A stretch of 9,936 bases of DNA from Octopus sinensis (GCF_006345805.1 NW_021827726.1:1-9936), one strand, 5' to 3'; counted from the first letter of the stretch, positions 1-8,460 are shown. A program made the numbers and translations. Notes: generated from the letters alone by a model not told the origin.

Positions 1-380
<380 letters not shown>

Positions 381-563
381 GTACTATATACATGTATGTG
401 CGTGTAGTAGATCTATACAACTAGATCTCATAATGCAGGGAAACAGTTGCATAATCAAGTTCCTGCACGCCTGGAGAACTACGTTGCGCAGAAACAATTG
501 TAGTGATTCAAAAAGAAATGCCTAACCGTATCCCTTCTTATTAACTTCAATCTTTTCAATTAT

Positions 564-617
564 ATGTATATAATATATATACATGTATATATATATATTA
601 TATATATATATATATAT

Positions 618-648
<31 letters not shown>

Positions 649-716
649 CTATATATATATATATATGTATGTATGTATGTACGTATGTATGTATGCATGC
701 ATATGTATACACACAC
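564..716. repeat. Compound (TA)n/(TATG)n microsatellite
   Basis: Directly visible; it generates the spurious YIYI ORFs in the track. Confidence 0.95.
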
Positions 717-997
717 AGATATACATATGATATAACATTTTTTTGTGTGTTTACGTTATATTTGTGTGTGCGTATGTGCACAAATGCAGATTTTCATACA
801 CAAAACTATATATTCTATGAAGAAACTAAGATATGTTTCGTGTTAGATATGATGGCTCGTAGCTGCTATAGCGTATAATAGAATCACGTACAGCTAAATC
901 GGATTAAAAAGATTAGAGGGTAAAACTTTACATGAATTCATCTTTTGGAAATATTGCATTTTTGCTGGTGTATATCGAAAAAAGAACATATATTCTA

Positions 998-1006
998 CAC
1001 ACACAC

Positions 1007-1040
<34 letters not shown>
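998..1040. repeat. (AC)n(AT)n microsatellite
   Basis: Directly visible. Confidence 0.9.
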
Positions 1041-1581
1041 ATGAATATTTGTACGGGGAAAAAATAATAATAGAAAGGTTTTACATAGAAAATCTTTACT
1101 AATATATAAACAGATGTGCAGTTATATCTCTTTTACTAATAACTAAACAGATTAGTAATTCCTATGTCTTGTATGTTAATATAAGAATATTTCTGTTGAT
1201 AGAATGAAAATTGTATACAATTAAATAATGAAATATTTCAGAAGTTATTTTACAGTTGTTAGCTTCAACTGATTCGTACACGAATCACACATTTAATACA
1301 AATATCGCGTTCTTTTGTAATTTCAAAAACGTATGATTCTACTTATATTGTAACCGAACGATTACATATTCTTGGGCACACACAAAAAAGCTTTTAAAAC
1401 GGCTTTTCGTAAACATTGTTTAACCTTTAATATGGATATGCAAACAGAATAAAAAATATAAATTACGGAAAAAATATGAACATATATATATATTAGACCT
1501 TGATGAAATCAAAGTACGTAAAAGCTATTTGAATACAGGCAAGCATAAGATTCGTGTTACTATAAGAATGTACGAAGAACT

Positions 1582-1818
1582 AAGACGGCGAGCTGGCAAA
1601 AACGTTAGCGCGCCGGGCGAAATGCCTAGCGGTATTTCGTCTGTCGTTACGTTCTGAGTTCAAATTCCGCCGAGGCGGACTTCGCCTTTCATCCTTTCGG
1701 GGTCGATAAATAAAGTACCAATTTCGCACTGGGGTCGATGTAATTGACTTAATACCTTTGTCTGTCCTTGTTGTCCCCTCTATGTTTAGCCCCTTGTGGG
1801 TAGTAAAGAAATATATAG
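1582..1818 (+). mobile_element. Full-length tRNA-derived SINE (cephalopod OR-like) with target-site duplication
   Basis: 5' head GGCGAGCTGGCAAAAACGTTAG (A-box-like), B-box GTTCAAATTCC at 1658-1668, central GCCTTTCATCCTTTCGGGGTCGATAAATAAAGTACC block and an A-rich end. Flanked by a perfect 16-bp direct repeat GAATGTACGAAGAACT at 1566-1581 and 1819-1834. Confidence 0.9.
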
Positions 1819-2024
1819 GAATGTACGAAGAACTTAAAGCATAAGTTTTACGCGAATTCGTCGATGCGAAGTTTTACGCGAAGAAAGTGAATAGTATTTT
1901 ATTTCAACAGCAATTTGTGAAAGGAGGGTCACCTATTAGCGAAATTAATGGGTTTATAATATCTTAAGATTCAACACACCCGATGTGTGTTGATTCTTCA
2001 AAGGCATCTCTTTTTTTCGTTTTT

Positions 2025-2475
2025 ATTTTTAATTGTTTCAGTCAATTTACTGTGGCCATGCTGGAGCACCGCCTTTAGTCAAGCACATCGACCCCAGGAC
2101 TTATTCTTTGTAAGCCTAGTACTTATTCAATCGGTCTGTTTTGCCGAACCGCTAAGTTACGGGGACGTAAACAAACAACCATCGGTTGTCAAGCGATGTT
2201 GGGGGTGGGACCAAACACATTCACACATACATATACATATATATACGACGGGCTTCCTTCAGTTTCCATCTACCAAATCCACTCACAATATATATCCACT
2301 CACAATATATATGAGGGGCTTCTTTCAGTTTCCGTCTACCAAATCCACTCACAAGGCTTTGGTTGGCCCGAGGCTGTAGTAGAAGACACTTGCCCAAGTG
2401 CCACGCAGTGGGACTGAACCCGGAACCATGTAGTTCGTAAGCAAGCTATTTACCACTCAGCCACTCCTACACCTG
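2025..2475 (-). mobile_element. tRNA-derived SINE with CORE-like block and internal tandem duplication
   Basis: Minus strand has a perfect A-box TGGCTGAGTGG (2463-2453), B-box-like GGTTCAGTCCC (2420-2410) and GGCACTTGGGCAAGTGTCTTCTAC, similar to the MIR/CORE motif. It also has an internal (TA/TG) tract and ends in an A-rich tail near 2010-2030. Confidence 0.85.
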
Positions 2476-2559
2476 TTGAGAATGCTTGTTTATTTATTTT
2501 TATCCGGACAATAAGCAAGAAACATACAGTTTCATATGCTCTTGCTGTAGAAATGTGAT

Positions 2560-3031
2560 TTATTACATCATCTTTTTTTTTATATCAAACTTATACACTG
2601 CCAGTGAGTATTGAACAGGGAACTACTTTCATTGAAAACTTTTGATAAAAAATGAATTGCTCCATCCAGACAAATCTCACCTGGTTTCTTCTGCAACATA
2701 TAATTACTATATTGTTCGTGTTCAGCAGGGAATAGCTTTCTTAAAAGTAGTTGTACTTTTTCTCGTCTGACCAATTTTTACATTCTTCTTTGAAAATTTG
2801 TTCGTATCTCCGAAAATATGCAGATAATGTAATCCCTTCTTCTGGTTTATAGCCGAATTCTTCAATTGAATTTGCTACGCTGTCTGGCGAGTACGAACCT
2901 GCAATGTATTCCGATTCCTTCAATATTACTTCCAGCAGCTGTTGGTTCTGCTGTAGTTGCAGCTAAAGTTGCTGTTGCAACAGCTTTTGTTGTTGTTACA
3001 ACTGCACTAAGAAAGCCAATAAGTCTTCCAT
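2560..3031 (-). pseudogene. Decayed Ty3/Gypsy LTR-retrotransposon gag N-terminal region (K02A2.6-like/Mag-type)
   Basis: From ATG at 3031: MEDLLAFLVQL*QQQKLLQQQL*LQLQQNQQLLEVILKESEYIAGSYSPDSVANSIEEFGYKPEEGITLSAYFRRYEQIFKEECKNWSDEKK, then after a frameshift VQLLLRKLFPAEHEQYSNYMLQKKP...SKVFNESSSLFNTHWQCISL. This fits the F-Y-P-E-x-G-x-T-F-x-x-W/Y-F-x-R-Y-E...D-x-x-K-V-x-L-L-L-R-K-L...S-L-F-N-x-R-W-x-C pattern of invertebrate Gypsy gag. Stops and a frameshift are present. Confidence 0.8.
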
Positions 3032-3100
3032 GTTAAAACGATTTTTCTTTGGTTTGGTACCCCAAAAAAATTCTAAACGTTCAACGCAAGCTTTGAACAA

Positions 3101-3120
3101 CTCGTGATCACTTTTATATC
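3101..3120 (-). other. Possible degenerate LTR-end/primer-binding-site junction of the Gypsy element
   Basis: Minus strand GATATAAAA-GTGATCACGAG lies about 70 nt upstream of the gag ATG and resembles the ...ATAACA-GTGGCGACGAG junction typical of these elements, with several mismatches. Confidence 0.35.
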
Positions 3121-3249
3121 CTGGGGTTAAACGTTCTCAGCTAACGGCTCGCAGTGAACTGCTTACTAATCGATTGCTCACGGTTCTTTATCTTATAGCA
3201 ATGTGTCAGTTCATTTTCAGTCACTTGCAGATGGTCGGAATCTTTCCAC

Positions 3250-4560
3250 AACATCTTGTAAATGTGTCAATTTGAAACATTTGCAGTTAAGTATATACTG
3301 GTTAGTTTCTTCGTTTCAGTATTATCTTGAGATTCTCAAAAATATAGTTGTAAATTATTAATAATGTTTTCGGAGTGTTAAATTACTTGTTTGGCTATCA
3401 AAAAATTTCTGTGTTTTTTCTCTTTTTTAGGTGGTGGGGAATGTATCGATTATTCAAATTAAACTGACACTTTAGAAATGAATTGCTTTTTGGTGGTTCT
3501 CTTCTGCAATTGTAAATCTTAACTCTTTAATGAATTTGTAGAAGAATTTTCCAGAGTGCCTCTTTATTTATTTATTTATTTATTTATTTATTGATTCTGT
3601 TCAAGCTTCGAAGATTTATACCAGTTTCCTAACACGAAACGCTAAATATGGAAACAAAATTCATTGCATGACAACTTAATCACAAATATTCCAAAAAATG
3701 TCGTCTATTCTTGCCGAGTCTTTTGCTCCCATGCTCATTTCAAAGGTTTCGCTTTATTTGAGGGATGTTGCTAAGGAAAATAGTGTAAGTTCTAACCCGG
3801 AGGACTGTCTCAGTATCAGATGGTTTAATGGTGATTTGACCGTATTGATAGCACTGTTTATGACATCAATCTAGTGATAAGCGGCTAATAATAGCCATAA
3901 TAAAATTTGGAAAAATAAGTATTCCTTTTAATTGAGAAGGTTAAAATATTCCACTGGGGTAGAGTTAATGAATGCTTCGTTTTAGTTCTAAACTAAAGGC
4001 AGTTGTTTAATAATCATAATGTCTGTTGTAGAAAGGTTTAGATGAGTGCTTGTAAAGCATCAATTTTTTTTAGAGTGTTATGTGGTTCCGGGGGTTTAAG
4101 ATGTGAGTTTTGTATTCGATATTGAGGTTGGCAACGTTACTGTTTTACAGAAGTATTGACTTAATCTGATGTAGTGAAGTAGATTCTTAGTGCATACGTT
4201 AGAAGTTAAAGTTGAGATATATCAGCGATATCTGTGCTTATTTACTTTATATTTATTGAATTTTAACTGATTTTCGAAAAAGGATATTTCTGTCCTTTAC
4301 CCTGTTGATTTTCTGAAGACAGCATGAAAACTGCTGGAGTAGTTTTAAACTTTATAGTTTTATCATGAGGGTTAAATCCTTATGGAAAAATCCACCATGA
4401 ATGTTGATTGGAGGGCTACATAGTTTTTTTCAAAAGAAGTAAATCTTCTCGAAAAAAATTTATCTTTCTATTAACAATTTGAGGTAGTGTTTCTATGGCT
4501 TCCGCGTTCCGTGTACAAATATCTGCAAACTGTATATTTTGTTCTGTGTTTAAGCTTCGA
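3250..4560 (-). mobile_element. Highly decayed Penelope-like element, N-terminal and reverse-transcriptase region
   Basis: Minus-strand fragments occur in collinear PLE order: FHKDLTLMIK/IKFK (~4387-4344), VANLNIEYKTHILNPRNHITL (~4136-4075), LYPS (~3960), FEMSMGAKDSARIDDIF/GIF (3744-3685; compare PLE FDVTMGSxDxAxxxxLVG), and YKFIKELRFTIAEENHQKAIHF*SVSL (3540-3460; compare FLDVTLNL). Many stops and frameshifts; boundaries approximate. Confidence 0.7.
3563..3592. repeat. (TTTA)7 microsatellite inside the PLE RT remnant
   Basis: Directly visible. Confidence 0.95.
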
Positions 4561-4605
4561 TGCGAGTGAGTCTTGAAGTCACAAGTAACCTTTCCATACA
4601 TGTAA

Positions 4606-4680
4606 ACACGCACACACACGCATACACACGCTATACGTATATATATATATATATATATACGTATAGCGTGTATATATATA
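4606..4680. repeat. (AC)n/(TA)n compound microsatellite separating two PLE remnants
   Basis: Directly visible. Confidence 0.9.
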
Positions 4681-4683
4681 ATT

Positions 4684-5131
4684 TGTAACCCTAGAAACAA
4701 TGAGGCATACAACACTATTGTGCACAATCTTTCTTTACTAACCAGAGACCCAAAAATGAATAACATCCTGAAAACACGTAAATTCATCAAATGCAATTAA
4801 GAGAGATTCACAATTAAAACCAACTTCACTTGTGCCTTTGGGAATCTAATTTATGTAATATCCTGCTTTGTGTTGTGGCCATTGCTTTATAGGACAGACG
4901 AGTGTGACTTTGAGACGGAGAACCACTCTACATAAACAGTGAATCCGGTTCGCACAATACAAACAGATTCCTTTAAGTAAACACATAGAGAGATGTGCAG
5001 GTAACATCCGACCAAATTTCACCGTTTTCCTCTTCTACCAGTCTAAAGATACAATTTCTATAAAAGAACGTTTTAATAAAGAAAATTTATTCATCGAAAA
5101 ATACAGAACACGTCTAAATATGCACACATAA
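4684..5131 (+). pseudogene. Penelope-like element C-terminus: RT thumb/linker plus GIY-YIG endonuclease pseudogene
   Basis: CNPRNNEAYNTIVHNLSLLTRDPKMNNILKTRKFIKCN*ERFTIKTNFTCAFGNLIYVISC, frameshift near 4870, then CGHCFIGQTSVTLRRRTTLHKQ*IRFAQYKQIPLSKHIERCAG...KERFNKENLFIEKYRTRLNMHT*. LIY...FIG-QT, R, H, catalytic E and terminal LN are the GIY-YIG hallmarks. Not in the ORF track because of stops. Confidence 0.88.
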
Positions 5132-5505
5132 CCAACTTTGATCTCTTTACATATTTTAAATCACGATTACATACCTATCACTGTACATATTTCTCCCCAC
5201 TACTCTAGCTTGCGAATTTTTGTGTATATTCCTTCCCCCCACCGAAGGATGAACTATTATCTCCCCTGTCCACAATAATAACGATCACCAATTACCTCCC
5301 CTTAGATTTTTCTACTTGTTGAATCATTCATTCATAAACTCCCGCATAACATGGACAAAAACATGTTTTCTTAAGAAAATACGCAATTAAAATAATTTTA
5401 ATATCATGATTAGCGAAAGTGAAACCGATCGACAAACAATATAAAATATATTAAAAATATATTCAAACTATGTAAAGTGTGTGTATTTTCCTTCTTTAAT
5501 TTCTT
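5132..5505 (+). mobile_element. 3' UTR/pLTR of the + strand Penelope-like element
   Basis: Follows the GIY-YIG stop directly, contains a same-strand hammerhead-like motif (5402-5434) and an A/T-rich tail, and ends at a short (TA)n at ~5506. Confidence 0.6.
5402..5434 (+). ncRNA. Minimal type-I hammerhead ribozyme-like motif, A3-U8 variant (partly decayed)
   Basis: TATC-ATGATTA-GC-GAAA-GT-GAAA-CCGATC-GACA: helix I TATC/GACA (one mismatch), core AUGAUUA, 2-bp helix II capped by a GAAA tetraloop, GAAA, near-palindromic ACCGAT (one change from ACCGGT), triplet AUC. It lies ~270 nt downstream of a PLE endonuclease stop on the same strand. Confidence 0.6.
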
Positions 5506-6206
5506 ATATATATATATCAAAAGGATGTGTTACAACACTATTCCACATATACAAAAACAGGCACACCAATAATCCAACCTATTTCCATCATCAGGTGCCC
5601 CACGGGTATCATTATGGTTTCAACACCTGGGCAGTACCATTCAATCCAGTGGTGTCAACAGCACTAAAAGAAGTGCTGTTTGGGAACAAACATACCAGCA
5701 AACAAAATACACAACTCTCAAACACATTTACCCGTATGTACAATATTCAATCAAATATAGACGGGATTAAACACCAACTTTAAAATTAAACTACAACAAG
5801 AAACACATAAATCTATGTACATCTGTATCGGTATTAATAGTAAACCTACAATAACTAAATTATATACTAAATAGCGACCAATCTTTAACTCCACGCAAAT
5901 TATAATTCCACCAGTCTTCCATAGTTTCTACTTTATTAACAGTGAGAGCTTTATTTCAATTCTCTCCTAAACAAAAACACGATTGAATTTAATTAATAAT
6001 ATAATAATTATGGGTGAAACTCATTATTTCATAATTCAAAAGTTAATAATAAAAACACTACATACTCTTAATATATATTACCCTTACAAGCTATAATGTA
6101 AACTTGCCAGTAACTAGTAAAAACAAAAATAATTCATAAATAAGAACAATGAAAGTATATTGTAATTAATTATTTTATTATTATAAAACTTTGCTACGCT
6201 TAAAGC

Positions 6207-6231
6207 TATATATATATATATATATATATAT

Positions 6232-6300
<69 letters not shown>
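6207..6300. repeat. (TA)n microsatellite
   Basis: Directly visible. Confidence 0.97.
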
Positions 6301-6301
<1 letters not shown>

Positions 6302-6466
6302 CACTACACACATTTTTTTCTCTCCTTGTTTTTTCTGTGTCCCTTTCTGTAGAAGAGCGTAGGCTCGAAACGTAAAAGACTTTTTCTATTCCTGAGCGTT
6401 ATACTAATAAATCTGTTTGTTTTGGTACACCGCCTGTCTTCGTCTTTTGTTCTTTTCGTGAATTCT

Positions 6467-6470
<4 letters not shown>
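6301..6470 (+). mobile_element. Short (~170 bp) non-coding, hammerhead-bearing element embedded in (TA)n, probably PLE-derived and non-autonomous
   Basis: Discrete pyrimidine-rich island flanked on both sides by long (TA)n. Contains the hammerhead-like motif at 6339-6380 and an AATAAA at ~6406. Confidence 0.65.
6339..6380 (+). ncRNA. Minimal type-I hammerhead ribozyme-like motif, C3-G8 with A6>U
   Basis: GT-cc-CTTT-CTGTAGA-A-GAGC-gtag-GCTC-GAAAC-GTA-AAAG-AC: helix I CTTT/AAAG extended by GT/AC, perfect helix II GAGC/GCTC, loopless palindromic helix III ACGT, predicted cleavage after GUA (6374). Confidence 0.7.

Positions 6471-6508
<38 letters not shown>
6470..6508. repeat. (TA)n microsatellite
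   Basis: Directly visible. Confidence 0.97.
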
Positions 6509-6510
<2 letters not shown>

Positions 6511-7825
6511 TGGTTGGCTACTCCTGATGCAGAGTCTGACCACATCTTGTTCTTACACCTTAGATCTATCATGGCGACTGATGTGGCATTTTAAACCAGA
6601 CATTCTTTTGAAAGGACACCCACATAGATTACATATCTGATTTGGACCATCAAGAGCTGCAGTTAAGTTCTGATCTTTGAAGCCTCCGTTAGATTTGCAG
6701 ATCTTATGGCATACACGGCATTGAAATGTGTGCACATAGATATATAGGCAGTGTAGTTAGTGGAAATTCGTTTTTCGTGGATACGCAAAGGAGATTTGAG
6801 CCCAGTAAAAGAAAGGTACGGTCTGTCACAAACCGTGCACACGAAATGGTCATTGAGATTCACCTCGACTGCAACATTTTTCTTTAAACCTCTCTTGAGT
6901 CTTCCATGTGTCATCCTGGCCTCCTCAAAAGCTTTCGCTCCAATCCACACTTTTGTTCGCCATCCAGCTCGATCTGAAGCAAGGGTTTCCATGGTCTTTG
7001 GCTCCATTCGAAGTGACTTCATGGTAGTTCTTATACCGTCCTTAAACGTCTTTTTAGGTTTACACCGATAGCGTTTCCCCTCTACAAGCTCGCCATAAAA
7101 CAGCTGGTTGGGTGTGGTCATACAATCTCATTTGATTCTTCAGAATAATTTATTTAATTGAAGTGATGCCTGCAGACGCAAAGACATCTGTAAAAAGTCA
7201 GCGTATAAGAGTGAAGTAGAGACCTTTGTTTTGAATTTCAATCTGGTCAGATGAAAAACCTTCCCTATTATTCGATATTCTATGTAAATATCCTTCTTGG
7301 AGTTTTAAAAAACGTGTGACAACGCAACTGCAAAGTATAGTGCAAAGAGTGTAGGTGCATCAAGGCCTCCTTGTTTGACTCCATTTTTCACGGCAAAAGA
7401 TTCAGAAAGCCTACCGCCAAAATTAACTCTAGCCTTCATATACTGATGCAAAGCCCTAGTAATGTTTACAAATTTTTGTGAGAAACCTATTTTCCTTAGA
7501 ATTAGCCACAGAGCATTTCGATAACAGAATCGAAGCATTACTTAAATCAACGAAGCATTGGTATAGAATGCAAGAATCTGTTCAGTGCACTCTTCCTGCC
7601 ATTGCCTTTTAGTAACGGTACAATCAACTGTGCCCCCGGAGGAGAGAAAACCACATTGAGACTCAGATACCATATTTGGATCAATGAAGGTATTTAAACG
7701 TTCTAACAAAATGCGGGCAAGTACCTTTCCAACTACACACAAAAGCGAAATCCCATGAAAATTACCACACAGACCCTTTGACTCCGATTTATATACGGAG
7801 ACTAAAATGGCATCAATCCAGCCTT
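6509..7825 (-). mobile_element. 5'-truncated, internally deleted RTE/BovB-clade LINE (RT fragments plus C-terminal C2H2 zinc fingers)
   Basis: Collinear minus-strand motifs: WIDAILVSVYK...GNFHGISLLCVVGKVLARILLERL...ESQCGF, FVDL...RNALWLILRKIG, GVKQGGLDAPTLFALYF, LYAD (YAD at 7205-7197), TDVFASAGITSI..IILKNQMR, PNQLFYGELVEGKRYRCKPKKTFKD...LASDRAGWR, then CxxC zinc fingers and a short 3' UTR ending at (TA)n. Confidence 0.92.
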
Positions 7826-7839
7826 AAGTGCTATTGGTA

Positions 7840-8008
7840 ACATGTAATCTAGCACAACCTGTTGCATGGTCGGGTCATCGGCGACTAAACTGGCAACCTC
7901 ACCCGGTTTGCTTGGTGAAGAGGGTGATTGTTTGACACCTTGCGGGACGAAAAATAACACCCGTCAAAGGGCGGAAGAAATACTGTGTAGTCAACGGTCA
8001 TCCAACTA
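7840..8008. mobile_element. Probable interspersed-repeat fragment of unassigned family
   Basis: Relatively GC-rich island between the LINE 5' truncation point and a TA-rich tract. It resembles retroelement UTR/SINE-body sequence but has no diagnostic motif. Confidence 0.35.
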
Positions 8009-8044
8009 ATATGTGAAAATATGTGTAAATAAGTATAAATCGTT

Positions 8045-8120
8045 TTATATATTCTTATATGTATATATATATGTATACTTTTAATTTATATATATATATA
8101 CATACATATCTCTATATATA
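8045..8120. repeat. Degenerate (TA)n tract
   Basis: Directly visible. Confidence 0.85.
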
Positions 8121-8126
8121 AAGTAT

Positions 8127-8458
8127 AAAGACCCCCTTCGGTCATGAATGACCATGGGATTGCACCTAGAAAGTTACCCTCCTAGACACAAGTCCGGGCA
8201 AGGTTGTTTATGGAAGACCAGCAGTCGCCCATGCATACCAGCCTCCCCTCTCCACCCCACCAGTGTTATCCAAGGGAAAGACAAAGGTCGATACAGCTTG
8301 GCACCAGTGACGTCGCAACTCATTTCTACAGCTGAGTGAACTGGAGCAACGTGAAATAAAGTGCCTTGCTCAAGAACACAACACGCAGCCCGGTCCGGGA
8401 TTCGAGCTCACAACCTCACGATCGTAAGCTCGACGCTCTCCCTGAGCCATGCGCCTTC
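8127..8458 (-). mobile_element. tRNA-derived SINE with CORE-like block
   Basis: Minus-strand head GGCGCATGGCTCAGGGAGAGCG (eroded A-box), B-box-like GAGCTCGAATCCC (8409-8397) and TGTGTTCTTGAGCAAGGCACTTTA, similar to the CORE motif. The 3' end CATGGTCATTCATGACCGAAGGGGGTCTTT is LINE-tail-like. Both sides are microsatellites. Confidence 0.85.
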
Positions 8459-8460
8459 AC

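Noticed and set aside
426-456. CTCATAA-TGCAGG-GAAACAGTT, superficially hammerhead-like
   Set aside because: The essential G5 is absent, there is no 3-8 pair and no helix II.
1566-2354. Direct repeats as a CRISPR-like array
   Set aside because: Only pairs of repeats, explained by a target-site duplication and local duplications, in a eukaryotic context with no cas genes.
1987-2417. 130-aa and 73-aa plus-strand ORFs
   Set aside because: Antisense read-through of a SINE; the repeated peptide reflects the SINE's internal duplication.
4313-4340. CTGAAGA followed by a perfect 5-bp hairpin (CAGCA/TGCTG)
   Set aside because: Followed by GAGT rather than GAAA, no convincing helix I, and it lies antisense within the PLE coding remnant.
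4416-4796. 126-aa minus-strand ORF
   Set aside because: Chimeric: antisense of one PLE, a microsatellite, and the start of another remnant.
5481-5783. 100-aa plus-strand ORF
   Set aside because: GTG start, crosses a (TA)n tract, no recognisable domain or splice context.
6553-6845. Host C2H2 zinc-finger gene exon
   Set aside because: The first finger is in frame with the LINE C-terminus, TGEKP linkers are absent, and the array is followed by the LINE 3' end.
6760-7071. 103-aa plus-strand ORF
   Set aside because: Antisense shadow of the LINE ORF.
8390-8458. tRNA gene (also considered at 1585-1670 and 2405-2470)
   Set aside because: A/B boxes are present but there is no complete cloverleaf, and each continues into a SINE body.
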